From Escherichia phage VTCCBPA_322: a DNA stretch of 64,000 nucleotides. Shown piece by piece: positions 39,643-49,350 of the stretch. A program made the translations under genes and the position numbers. A model generated the notes under the pieces. The model ran no database searches. It was given only the letters and a program-made list of their open reading frames with translations, and was not told the DNA's origin. Positions within the stretch are counted from its first letter, which is position 1. Each line of letters starts with the position of its first letter. Location: the sequence record PP989839.1, one strand, 5' to 3'.

Positions 39643-40086
39643 TTAACTACGTTTAAGGCCAGCGAACAGTGAAGGCTTAGTAGCAGGTTTCTCTGCCGGT
39701 TCTTCAGCCTTAACTTCTTCCTGCACAACTTCTTCTTGTGCTTCTGGTTCAGCTACTGCTTCTTCTTCAGGTTCCGGCGTAGAACTCTCGTTCTGACCAC
39801 CAGTAGAGGTCTGGATTTCTTCTTCCTTTACCTCTTCAACCACTTCTTCCGGTTCCGGTTCTACCGGACGGTGTTTGGCTTCCTGCGGGTTCTTACGAGA
39901 ACGACGTGTCTTCTTCTCTACCAAGGGTGGAGTATCATCGTTATGACTTACCTCTTCGTTAATACCAATGGAGGCTGTGCCATCTGCATTTACAACAATG
40001 CTGGCTTCCCCTGGATAATTAACTTGTTCATCTACGTATGCCTGAATAGCTGCTTCTACTTCAGCTTGGTTCAAAGTGATTTGCAT
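39643..40086 (-). CDS. highly acidic Glu/Pro-rich protein
   Basis: 147 aa; ~50-aa N-terminal domain, basic patch KKTRRSRKNPQEAKHR, then long E/P-rich acidic tail. Confidence 0.45.
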   Translation of the reverse strand: MQITLNQAEVEAAIQAYVDEQVNYPGEASIVVNADGTASIGINEEVSHNDDTPPLVEKKTRRSRKNPQEAKHRPVEPEPEEVVEEVKEEEIQTSTGGQNESSTPEPEEEAVAEPEAQEEVVQEEVKAEEPAEKPATKPSLFAGLKRS

Positions 40087-40087
40087 G

Positions 40088-40642
40088 TTACGCCTTTATT
40101 AAATTAAGAAGGTTTTGGAAAGCTGGGAGATTTACACCAGCATGGATTGCACCGATTGCATCTGCTAAGTGCTCATTCTTATTCAGAAGTTTGCCTTTCT
40201 TATCAGTGAGCCAGTTGGCTTCAGGATAGATAGCATGAGCAGCACGAATCATCGTGTCCTTAGATGCAGTTTTATCACCGACCAGTGCAAGTTTGTTTTC
40301 AATTGGGGATACTTCAAAGATTGGACAACCCAACGCACGAAATGCACCAATTAATCCTACGCATACGCCATAGGATTTCATACCGTTAGCAGACTGAGAG
40401 CCTACCGGTACTTCTACGAATACTGCTTTAGCAGACCGTAACCATTCCTCACAACCAAGAAACAAATCGTGAGCGGCTTGTATATCTTTGGAGTTGGTTC
40501 GAACTTGTTTGTTGTGGTCAACTTCAGTTTGAACCAGTTTAAGTTCGACCTGCTCGAAGACGCCGGAATCAATGTCCAGCATCCCACGAGCTAAACCCCA
40601 ATTGCGGAGACTAATATCTGCACCAACAATTGGGATTTTCAT
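40088..40642 (-). CDS. putative RuvC-like Holliday junction resolvase
   Basis: 184 aa; N-terminal MKIPIVGADISLRNWGLA and C-terminal HLADAIGAIHAG resemble RuvC-fold catalytic segments; by eye only. Confidence 0.45.
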   Translation of the reverse strand: MKIPIVGADISLRNWGLARGMLDIDSGVFEQVELKLVQTEVDHNKQVRTNSKDIQAAHDLFLGCEEWLRSAKAVFVEVPVGSQSANGMKSYGVCVGLIGAFRALGCPIFEVSPIENKLALVGDKTASKDTMIRAAHAIYPEANWLTDKKGKLLNKNEHLADAIGAIHAGVNLPAFQNLLNLIKA

Positions 40643-41439
40643 TAACGTTTACCGAACAGTGATTTACCACCAGCAGGAGCAGTACCCGTGCCAGCACCCG
40701 GTTTAGGAGGCAAGCCTGATTTACCAGTACCACCGGCAGAACTCTTAGTCTTGTCACGAGTTTTGCCTTTGTTCTTTTCCAACCATGCTGCATAGAATAC
40801 AGCCAGTTCCGGGGTCAGTTCTTTCTCAGCCTTCTCTGCTTCCTGAGCCTCGACGACTGTGACCAGCAGTTCCGGGTGAAACACTTTCTGAATCTCGTTT
40901 ACTTCACGAGTTTCGCCAGAGTCAACGTAACCGTTGTCTCCTTTGACTTGTTTGGATTCCAGAACTTTTTCCAGAGCGAAGGTAACAGTCTGACCAACCA
41001 GCTCAACTGGAACCATGACAGACTTATTGACTTCTGCTTTAGCATCGAAGTCATAGACTTTGACAATCTTCTCTTCGAAGTCTGCTTCAGGCAGTTCAGT
41101 ACCGGTTGCCATCAGCATCATGTCATTAATGACGGTATAACCAGGCAAGAAGTATTCTTTACCATTCTTCTCGTAAGTAGGCTTATTGCCTTTAGCATTA
41201 CCAGAAGTGAAGTACACCTGAGCACGGAACTCACCAGCAGGCACACCATCTGAGTTTTTCAGGTCTTCAATAATTAACTGCATCCAGTCTGCACCGGAGT
41301 CAGCTTTACCTACGTAAGCTACTTTGACATCGCCCGTGTAGATATCAGTCTCTTTTGCACCGAATCCACCACCACCAAGGGTGTCTTTTACAGCTTCAAC
41401 GTTTTTGGTTTTTTCTTTCAAGTTACTGAACAGTGACAT
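40642..41439 (-). CDS. putative single-stranded DNA-binding protein (N4 SSB-like by position and size)
   Basis: 265 aa; Gly-rich flexible C-terminal tail (SSAGGTGKSGLPPKPGAGTGTAPAGG); sits between recombination and replication genes. Not motif-verified. Confidence 0.4.
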   Translation of the reverse strand: MSLFSNLKEKTKNVEAVKDTLGGGGFGAKETDIYTGDVKVAYVGKADSGADWMQLIIEDLKNSDGVPAGEFRAQVYFTSGNAKGNKPTYEKNGKEYFLPGYTVINDMMLMATGTELPEADFEEKIVKVYDFDAKAEVNKSVMVPVELVGQTVTFALEKVLESKQVKGDNGYVDSGETREVNEIQKVFHPELLVTVVEAQEAEKAEKELTPELAVFYAAWLEKNKGKTRDKTKSSAGGTGKSGLPPKPGAGTGTAPAGGKSLFGKR

Positions 41440-41479
41440 AATATTTTTCCTAATAAGTGATTAACAACCAGGCAAACGC

Positions 41480-42232
41480 TTAAGCGTAGTATTCAGCCAG
41501 ATGGTCTAAGAGTTTCTGGGCATCGTTATCAATGTAAGTCTCGGACTTATCGAACATACCCATTGGAGAACGTAGACGTTTACCAACAGACTTCTTAGTT
41601 GGGCGAGTCTGGAATACGTGCTTATACCCTAAGTCACGTTCTTCTTCGGTAATTTCAAGCATCTTGTTGCCATATTTCTCCAGTTCTTTAATGTCTACAC
41701 GCTCTGCGTAAACCACTGTAGAGAAGTAAGCCTCAAGACCATTGTTCTTCAGAGAGCCTTTCACTGGGATGAATGTTTTGATCACACCAGCAGCTTCGTC
41801 GAGTTCATCTTTGGCATGAGCAGTAATGATTACTGGCTTACCAAACTTAACAACTTTCTGTTGCAGCAGTATTTTAAAGAACTGTGCAAAATCCCCCCAT
41901 GCCTTCTGAGTATTAGCAGACGGCAGTACATACTGGGATTCCAGCATATCCATCATGAAGGTAGCGGAGTCGATAATGATACCATCAACATCGTCTGCCA
42001 TTTCTCCACCTGGAGATGCAACATCAAATGCTTCCCAAATCTGGTATGGGTCTTCAATGTTGTAGGTATTAAACTTGTTACGGAAAGGTAGACGTTTACC
42101 TGCTTCTGTATTCAGATAGAGCCAGCGTTCCTGGTTCCGGATGTTACGCAGTGATGCTGATTTACCACTCGCTGAGAATCCTGCAATCAGGATTAGCTGA
42201 GTGTTCATATCATTGGAGATTTCTTCGGACAT
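41480..42232 (-). CDS. RecA-like P-loop ATPase (Sak4/AAA_24-like recombination protein)
   Basis: LILIAGFSASGKSASL (Walker A) then WLYLNTEAG, the usual AAA_24 arrangement; Walker B-like IIIDSATF. Confidence 0.55.
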   Translation of the reverse strand: MSEEISNDMNTQLILIAGFSASGKSASLRNIRNQERWLYLNTEAGKRLPFRNKFNTYNIEDPYQIWEAFDVASPGGEMADDVDGIIIDSATFMMDMLESQYVLPSANTQKAWGDFAQFFKILLQQKVVKFGKPVIITAHAKDELDEAAGVIKTFIPVKGSLKNNGLEAYFSTVVYAERVDIKELEKYGNKMLEITEEERDLGYKHVFQTRPTKKSVGKRLRSPMGMFDKSETYIDNDAQKLLDHLAEYYA

Positions 42233-42288
42233 TATTTTTCCTCGTTTAATTTAGGAGTCCTTCAAACCAAAGAAAGACTCCTGTTTAC

Positions 42289-44442
42289 TTATTTACCAGC
42301 GTAGCGTTTAGCCACGGTGACCATTACGGTTGCATTCAATTCATCATCTGGTAATGGATTAGCCAGTTTCTTATTGAATGTGTGGACGGCTTGCTGTACT
42401 TGAGCAAAGTCCCAACCACTATCAACCAATGCCAGTGCGTACTTAATCATTTGATTATTACGATTACCGGAGGCAATACGACTAGCGAACCAACGCTCCA
42501 GATTATCCAACGACTGTACTTCCTTCATCTGGTTCTGGAACTGCTCGTTCTTACTAGTACGAGGAATAAAGTCACGCACATCTAACAGATTCGCATCGAG
42601 ATTATAATGATAAGAACCAGTCTCGCAGGACATCCACTTCTTGGCTCGTTGATTAGCTGACTCATCCGTTTCGAATGGTAGCCAAGCCATAACATTATTC
42701 ATGAACTCTTTATATTCCTCAGTATCGAGGTGTAACTCATAGTTCATTGGAATAATCAGACGGAAGCGGTTCTCTTCATCAGTATGACGCTTGGTGGTAT
42801 AGGTCATGAACTTATATTCCTTCATCAGTTCATGGCACGTATGCAGTGGTACTCCACCATCACAATCAATAACAATCATGTTAAATCCTGGAATAACGTT
42901 CTCTTCAGAACGATGCCCATTCTTCATGTGATGGTTTACCCAGTGCATACCGGGAGCTTGGGTTAATACATGCAACTGGTCGAACGGTACACGCTCACCA
43001 ATGTAGTCATAAGCAAAGCTATCACTATACGCCACAATCATCTCATTGATGTCTGTCTCTTTAAGAGTTTCACCACGGAAGAACTCAATACCCTCATTGA
43101 AGGTCTTCTTAATGATGATGTGCTGTTTGTAACCCCATGCAGTAGCAAGAGTCATCATCTCATTACGAGCTGCATTGCCACTCTTATAGAATGGCAAAGA
43201 CTCCAGTAAGTCAGCATGAGTTACTTCTTTACCTACAGAGGCAATGTACTTAGCCAGCTTCACATAGGCTTTTTCACGATTGAGGATTGTCTGGAATGCT
43301 GCTCCAGATTCCTCTACAAGCAGAATTGCTTGTTTAAGGTGAGCCATCTCAATGAATGAACTCTGGTCAACAAACGCCAGTGCACCTGCCAGCTTAAGAG
43401 CTTTGAAGTAGCGGTGGGAGATTTCAGCCTTACGAATTTCTTCGTGGTCAGCCATAGCCTCTGCTTGTTTCTCACAATCAATCTTGTAAGTAATAAGAGC
43501 AATGCCCACAGCATCTTCCACAATCATCTTAAAGCCAAACAAGTTTGGGTCAGCCAGACTATGGAAGTGGTTAGCCCATTTACCAAGAGACTGTACGTTA
43601 TCCTGTTTAATCAGGTTACGGTAGATTTCTTCCGGAGTCAGTGTTGCATGTGCTCGTTTGTCTAAATGCCCTATGGCAAACAGACAACGACGTGCATACC
43701 CTGTATCAAGGAAATCATAGAACTGGTCTTCAGTCTGTCCACCATCCAGCAGCTTACTCGGAGTACCGAACAGCAGCAGGTTAGTTGGAGTCTTACCATC
43801 CAGTTCTTCGCCACGAACGCTTTCAGCAGTATTCTTGGTCAGCTTCTGCTTAACCTTGCCCTGGTCATATAGCTCCAGGAACAAGGTTAATACATCAGAG
43901 TTAGCCAGCAGATTTGAACCAATTTCATCAATCTGAAGGTTAATAGAACCACAGCCAGCCATTAACAGCTTATGGCGTAGTTGTTTAACTGCTGGTGGAG
44001 TACCTGAGTCAAACGTAAACGGATATGCTCCAGCACGTTTATATTCTGCTTCAACTTTATCAAACTCTTCCTGCTGGTCAGTGCCCTGACGTGCAGAACG
44101 TTCGTTAGCAATCTTCCATAGACGGTCATTTGCAATGACGGGCATGGTGTCTTCCATAAAACGCTTACGGAAGCCAGTCATGAACCCGTCTTCGATGATA
44201 TTTACTGAGTGACCTTTACCGAAACCAGATGTAGCCAACGCTATAGCGTAGATGTTTACCGGCAGGTCACCACGGTCTTTAGTTACGATGGTTGCACCCA
44301 TGCAGGATGCCATTTTAGCCAAGAAGTAGGCTACTTCGACACGGAAGAATCCCCGGTCATTGTTCTGGGTTTTATTGCAGAGCACATCTACGATTTCTTC
44401 AATCGCCGGATGATGCACTACTCCGGTAAGGTCAATACTCAT
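42289..44442 (-). CDS. putative DNA primase / replication initiation protein
   Basis: ~717 aa from ATG 44442 (ATGA overlap with upstream stop); large replication-module protein beside polymerase and helicase; positional assignment. Confidence 0.45.
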   Translation of the reverse strand: MSIDLTGVVHHPAIEEIVDVLCNKTQNNDRGFFRVEVAYFLAKMASCMGATIVTKDRGDLPVNIYAIALATSGFGKGHSVNIIEDGFMTGFRKRFMEDTMPVIANDRLWKIANERSARQGTDQQEEFDKVEAEYKRAGAYPFTFDSGTPPAVKQLRHKLLMAGCGSINLQIDEIGSNLLANSDVLTLFLELYDQGKVKQKLTKNTAESVRGEELDGKTPTNLLLFGTPSKLLDGGQTEDQFYDFLDTGYARRCLFAIGHLDKRAHATLTPEEIYRNLIKQDNVQSLGKWANHFHSLADPNLFGFKMIVEDAVGIALITYKIDCEKQAEAMADHEEIRKAEISHRYFKALKLAGALAFVDQSSFIEMAHLKQAILLVEESGAAFQTILNREKAYVKLAKYIASVGKEVTHADLLESLPFYKSGNAARNEMMTLATAWGYKQHIIIKKTFNEGIEFFRGETLKETDINEMIVAYSDSFAYDYIGERVPFDQLHVLTQAPGMHWVNHHMKNGHRSEENVIPGFNMIVIDCDGGVPLHTCHELMKEYKFMTYTTKRHTDEENRFRLIIPMNYELHLDTEEYKEFMNNVMAWLPFETDESANQRAKKWMSCETGSYHYNLDANLLDVRDFIPRTSKNEQFQNQMKEVQSLDNLERWFASRIASGNRNNQMIKYALALVDSGWDFAQVQQAVHTFNKKLANPLPDDELNATVMVTVAKRYAGK

Positions 44443-45419
44443 GATGGAAAATATCTCTCTCTTTGTTTGCAAATGGTAGCGACAGGGCAGTATAAACAAC
44501 GCTTAACCTGCCCCTCCACGACCTTGATAGCACCTTTGCCACCTTTTTCAGCCATGAAGATACGAGCAGATGCCATATCGTCAAAGTTTTTGGTACTTCT
44601 GGCTCCGGGTACATCTACCTTAGAAGCGTCAGAGAAGTATTTGAACTGTGGCTCTGTTCGCCACAACTCCTCATCAGTACATTCAGGAATTTCCTCTTCA
44701 GGAGCATCCCAGTACTTTTCAATGAGGTGAATCTTCTCTTCTACCCAACGTTCAGTCTTCTCGACAGATAGCAGCGGAATATCCTTATGCATAATACGAT
44801 TAGCAGGATAGTTCGGGTTGCTACTAGCCATGTGCTTCATGAAGTCAGTGAAGATGTAGTTAATACGAATTACATCCTCAGTAATGATGTCGTTGTGAAT
44901 CCAACGGTACAAGCTGCCTTGCATCTTGTGTTCATCATCACGGGAACCAGCAACCCAAGAATAGGTTGAGGTAGACTTAAAGTCTTGCAACAGACCTTCA
45001 GTTACGATGTCGAACTTACCACCGATAGTCCAACCCTTAACTACTCTGGTTCCACGTTGTTCAATGTAGATTGGGATAAGGTCAGGGTTAGCATCAAAGT
45101 CTGCTTTGGTTGGGTTAATGACTACTGCATCAATTACTCGCTGAGGATAACCCAACTTTTTCAATGCAGTCTTATGGCCTAACTTCCAGGCTTTCTCAAT
45201 AGAATCGTGTAAGCCAGTACCCATTGATGTGGAGACGAAATCCATAACATCAATGGATTGTTCACTGAGATCTACGCGATGCTTCATGACGATTTGCTTA
45301 ATGGGTTTAAGCAATGTAGTAGCAGACAAGTACTTAGGATTGTCTACATAATCATACTCGTCATGCAATAGCCATACAGCCAAAGCCAGCGAGACATCAT
45401 GGTTGTTGGTTATCTTCAT
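44439..45419 (-). CDS. PD-(D/E)xK family nuclease with C-terminal cysteine cluster (RecB/Cas4-like)
   Basis: 326 aa; GKFDIVTEGLLQDFKST resembles a D...(E/Q)xK core; C-terminus CLYCPVATICKQRE has three Cys. Confidence 0.4.
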   Translation of the reverse strand: MKITNNHDVSLALAVWLLHDEYDYVDNPKYLSATTLLKPIKQIVMKHRVDLSEQSIDVMDFVSTSMGTGLHDSIEKAWKLGHKTALKKLGYPQRVIDAVVINPTKADFDANPDLIPIYIEQRGTRVVKGWTIGGKFDIVTEGLLQDFKSTSTYSWVAGSRDDEHKMQGSLYRWIHNDIITEDVIRINYIFTDFMKHMASSNPNYPANRIMHKDIPLLSVEKTERWVEEKIHLIEKYWDAPEEEIPECTDEELWRTEPQFKYFSDASKVDVPGARSTKNFDDMASARIFMAEKGGKGAIKVVEGQVKRCLYCPVATICKQRERYFPS

Positions 45420-45919
45420 CAGTAGTTAATCCTGTATTTAAGTACACGGTTCCACTGTATTTCACGTAAATTTGAATAGGAGTAAATATACTTCCTATCC
45501 AGTTCCGTCTTATAAACAACTTCAATGGAAGTAAACTTTTTGGTGAAGTACGGATGGCCACTACCTAAGTAATGCCAGCATCCACCAATAGTAGATATGT
45601 CTGGCGGAGTCTCTGTACCTTTTTCTTTAGCTACTTCTTCACTCTCCTTAGCAAATAAAAGCGCTTTAGCTAATAGTCGGTTTGAGTAGTGAACTAACTT
45701 CTCGCAGTCATACACTGGAGTATTTCCAGGTTTACCATTACCCATACGGGCAGCAGCATTTCGCCATAGAGCTTTAAAGGCACAACCTTCATCGAAGGTC
45801 ATGCCCAGTGCCTGGATAATATCCTCGCACTCTGCTTGGTATGGCTCTTGCTCTTTCCGTTGGGGGTTCTTAACTGGTACTACATACCAGTTATTCAATC
45901 CACCGGAGAGCTTAGTCAT
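45419..45919 (-). CDS. hypothetical protein (possibly DUF3310-like)
   Basis: 166 aa; AFKALWRNAAARMGNGKPG...YDCEKLVHYSNRLL loosely resembles a common phage domain; low certainty. Confidence 0.3.
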   Translation of the reverse strand: MTKLSGGLNNWYVVPVKNPQRKEQEPYQAECEDIIQALGMTFDEGCAFKALWRNAAARMGNGKPGNTPVYDCEKLVHYSNRLLAKALLFAKESEEVAKEKGTETPPDISTIGGCWHYLGSGHPYFTKKFTSIEVVYKTELDRKYIYSYSNLREIQWNRVLKYRINY

Positions 45920-46224
45920 TATTCCCCCTTGGGAATCATGTTTGCCTGGAACTCTGGTTCAGACATCAGACCCAGGTTGTTAATAGACAGATAAACGATG
46001 TCTTTCAAATCAACCGAAGTGTCGAAACGCTGGTCCAGACTAATCTTCAGGGAGTGATTGGCACGGGCCAAGTCTTTATAGGTCACATGAGGCTCGTCAG
46101 TGAGCAGCATTGTGTTCATGGTAAGCAGGGAGCCATCATCAGCTTTGGGAAGCTGGAAAATTACCTGTGCTGCCACCATCCAATGATATTTTCTGACAAC
46201 GGTTTCTTTAGTACTTTTAGTCAT
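45919..46224 (-). CDS. hypothetical protein
   Basis: 101 aa; translationally coupled to neighbours. Confidence 0.35.
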   Translation of the reverse strand: MTKSTKETVVRKYHWMVAAQVIFQLPKADDGSLLTMNTMLLTDEPHVTYKDLARANHSLKISLDQRFDTSVDLKDIVYLSINNLGLMSEPEFQANMIPKGE

Positions 46225-48800
46225 GCGAATGCCTTTTGAATTATTTGATGAACTTCATCTGGGGTAGCGTGATTTGGAATTTCAATCTCGTTAGCCCACG
46301 TTGGGTAAAACAAGGATAGTTCCCCACCCAAACCAACTTCTGGATGAGCAATATCAGGATGGTCTTGCCAGTTAACGGCTTCAACCAGATGCTTGTTCGT
46401 ATACTGCAAGGTGTCCATGTTGTCGCGAATCATGAAGTATTGGGCATCATGAATGTGAATACAAGGGCGTATATCTAACCTGAACTCACTGGTTCTGACT
46501 TTACGCATAAATTCTGAGCCAGCACGGTTATTCAGTAGACACCAGCTTTGACCTAATGCATTACCAGCAGTCCTGCCTTCAGCCTCTGCTTCATATGGAG
46601 TCTTACATGTCCCACGTAAAACCTGAGCCAGTAAAGGAGTACGCACTCTCAAACCAAATGCAGCAGTTACATAACCAGTCTTAGCAGCTTCATCTAGCTT
46701 AGCTTGAACCCACGCATCACTAACTACATAGAGGTCGTGATAACGTTTCTCTGTGAGTTTTGCCTTCTCTTCGGAGAAGCCACAGTTTTTCATTAAGCCC
46801 ATATATGTACCACCATAGGTAAGCAGGAAGGTTGGAGCCTTCGAGTCACTACGTAATGATTTGTACTTATGCTGAATGGAGTTAATAGATTCTACAGTGT
46901 CTTCTATGTCTGGCATCTGCTCGCCGAAGTAAGCATATGCACGGAGACTATGTCCATCATAGCCATCGGTATATACCTTAAGCTTCTGAGGGTCTTTAGT
47001 AGTTAGTGCAGAGATACGGTCTTCAAGGCTTGCAAAGTCCAGTCCACAAAATATCCAACCTGGTGGTGCTTCGAAGCATTTCTTAATCTTCTTGGCATAT
47101 TTGGAACCACTGGGGATGGTCTGTAGATTAGGCTCGGACGCTGAGAGACGTCCTGATACTGTGCCTCCAAGATTGAGGTTACCGAACAGGTAGTGCCATC
47201 CATCTGGTCCAGGCTGTGCATTACGGAAAGCTGGTATGAATGAAGTGATAATCTTATCCACGAGCTTATAGTCGATAAGTGCATTGAGCAGTTCCTTAAC
47301 ATCTTCACTCTGCGTATGTGTACGCAGTGCTTTAATAGTGTCACCGTCAGTAGCAGGTTGCTTGCTCTTAGTAAGACCAAGAACCGGTAAGCCGATATAA
47401 TCAAATAACAGCTTCTGTAGTTGTGGCCCAGAGTTAGGATTAAACTCAATGTCACAATCAGCTAGTGTTACCTGTTTCTTTTTCAACTTAGCATTCTTAT
47501 CGTCTACCCATTCCTGACGAAGCATCAGGGTGAAGTTCTTCATGAGATTAGACTCACGAATAGTTTTCAGAGCCTGGTTCCTGTCAGTTTCCATTTCCTC
47601 AGCTACCTGGTTAACGGTTTCCATATTCATGGGCATACCGGTTAACTGCATTTGAATAATGTCTTCACATGCTGGTTTAAAGATGTTGTTGTAAACATCC
47701 AGTTGGTCATCAGTTACCAGGGTATCCCAGTGCTTCTCATAGGTGTACCACGTACACAAACCATCAATGAGGTTGTAGCGTAACAGTTGCTCATTAGGAA
47801 TAAGACGAATGTCTTTAATATCATCCTGAGCATAGTTACCAGCATACTCCTGAGCCTGCTCTTTTAGACTAAGGTGATTACCAGCACAGCTGTTAGTAGC
47901 CAGATAGGTAATTAATTTAGTACAGTCCCAGTTACGCAGCATGATGTCCATGCCATGTAGTAACCCTTCTGTATCAATCAGGTTATCCATGAATAACTGA
48001 TAGATAAGTATGTATACGTCATAGCTAATGTTGTGATACATCTGCCGTTGGGTGTACTTAATGAAGAACTCGCGTAACAGGTTTCGAACAATATCATTTC
48101 TGTTGATACGCCCGTAAGGTGCTTCAGTAGCTCCAGGAATCGGCTCATAGTCCACGTTAAAGGCTATGCCTTGTGTCTTACTCCAACAGAATGTAATTGT
48201 CCCTATACCGGCGTTATAGTGCTTTAAACCGAATGCTTCGATGTCTATAGCCAGAGGCTTATTCATCTCAAGCAACTGGTCTAGCCAGGCTTTAATCTTT
48301 TCGGGTGTATCTGGGTAGGCTTCAAACTCAATGATTCCTTGACCTGGTTCAGCATACTGTCCACGTATGTGGTTGAGTAATGCATCCATACCCTGAGCAA
48401 TCTTGGATTTCACTACGGGTGGGTCATAAAATACCTGCCTGTAGCTAGGCGTATAGATAACCTTCTGCTTACCCCATACTGAGTCACAAACATAGCCGAG
48501 GTTAGCCTCTGCTTTAGCTTCTTTAGTCAGTATTTTGAAGTAGTCAGAATCGGTACAGATAATGTACTGAGTTTCTGCATCATCCAGTACTTGTTGCAAT
48601 TCCTGCTGTATGAACTCCTTAATCTCCCTTGCTGGAGTCTTCTTCTTGCCGGGGGCAGAATGAAGTTCAATAAAGATGAAATCTTCCATGCTTAGGTCAT
48701 AAGGTAGCAGGTAGGTTTTAATCATCTCCTCCCTTCGGATTTGATGACCGAGGATAGCAATAGGATACTTACCAGTATCCTGAGAGGTGATGTAACGCAT
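46221..48800 (-). CDS. DNA polymerase, family A, with 3'-5' exonuclease domain
   Basis: Exo I AIDIEAFGL; motif A LDFASLEDRISAL; motif B RSDSKAPTFLLTYGGTYMG; motif C IHIHDAQYF; AGGT SD before ATG 48800. Confidence 0.9.
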   Translation of the reverse strand: MRYITSQDTGKYPIAILGHQIRREEMIKTYLLPYDLSMEDFIFIELHSAPGKKKTPAREIKEFIQQELQQVLDDAETQYIICTDSDYFKILTKEAKAEANLGYVCDSVWGKQKVIYTPSYRQVFYDPPVVKSKIAQGMDALLNHIRGQYAEPGQGIIEFEAYPDTPEKIKAWLDQLLEMNKPLAIDIEAFGLKHYNAGIGTITFCWSKTQGIAFNVDYEPIPGATEAPYGRINRNDIVRNLLREFFIKYTQRQMYHNISYDVYILIYQLFMDNLIDTEGLLHGMDIMLRNWDCTKLITYLATNSCAGNHLSLKEQAQEYAGNYAQDDIKDIRLIPNEQLLRYNLIDGLCTWYTYEKHWDTLVTDDQLDVYNNIFKPACEDIIQMQLTGMPMNMETVNQVAEEMETDRNQALKTIRESNLMKNFTLMLRQEWVDDKNAKLKKKQVTLADCDIEFNPNSGPQLQKLLFDYIGLPVLGLTKSKQPATDGDTIKALRTHTQSEDVKELLNALIDYKLVDKIITSFIPAFRNAQPGPDGWHYLFGNLNLGGTVSGRLSASEPNLQTIPSGSKYAKKIKKCFEAPPGWIFCGLDFASLEDRISALTTKDPQKLKVYTDGYDGHSLRAYAYFGEQMPDIEDTVESINSIQHKYKSLRSDSKAPTFLLTYGGTYMGLMKNCGFSEEKAKLTEKRYHDLYVVSDAWVQAKLDEAAKTGYVTAAFGLRVRTPLLAQVLRGTCKTPYEAEAEGRTAGNALGQSWCLLNNRAGSEFMRKVRTSEFRLDIRPCIHIHDAQYFMIRDNMDTLQYTNKHLVEAVNWQDHPDIAHPEVGLGGELSLFYPTWANEIEIPNHATPDEVHQIIQKAFA

Positions 48801-48809
48801 AGCTTTACC

Positions 48810-49340
48810 TTAGAAAATCAGATGGGAAGCTGCATAGTACTCAATAGAGGGCAGAATCTTCTCATACTGTTTTATTGCCATAGCATCGCCAGCGAGTGTC
48901 CAGGCTGCTTCACGAGTACGTGGCAGACCTTTGTACTGACCCGTCTGGTCTTGTGCTACCAGACACTCAGGCAGAGCATCACGTACATCCTGATAAGACA
49001 TACAACCGCGAACCAGGCGATATACAGTCTGGTTCACAAGGTGTACTTCCATAATCAGACGACTGGAGGCTTTCAGATACTTGTCCATTGCAGGCCATAG
49101 TTCTGGATTAAGGGTTAATCGTTCACCGTAGGTTGGGGGTCTGGTAGCGTTAGAACGCTGATAGAACTCCCCCTGATAAAGGAATCCAGCTGATACATCA
49201 ATACCATTGATACGGTCATTCTTATCAATGATGCTGTTTAACACACCATCAAGACGAACCAGTTCTGCTAAGAACAGGTGCTTGACTATCTCGCTGCTAT
49301 TGGCAACCTGACCAATAGTTGCTGAACCAATCTGAGGCAT
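48810..49340 (-). CDS. hypothetical replication-module protein
   Basis: 176 aa between helicase and polymerase. Confidence 0.4.
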   Translation of the reverse strand: MPQIGSATIGQVANSSEIVKHLFLAELVRLDGVLNSIIDKNDRINGIDVSAGFLYQGEFYQRSNATRPPTYGERLTLNPELWPAMDKYLKASSRLIMEVHLVNQTVYRLVRGCMSYQDVRDALPECLVAQDQTGQYKGLPRTREAAWTLAGDAMAIKQYEKILPSIEYYAASHLIF

Positions 49341-49350
49341 ATACCCTCCC

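Noticed and set aside
44209-44730. 173-aa + strand ORF spanning the primase/nuclease junction
   Set aside because: Antisense to two tightly coupled - strand genes; no start context.
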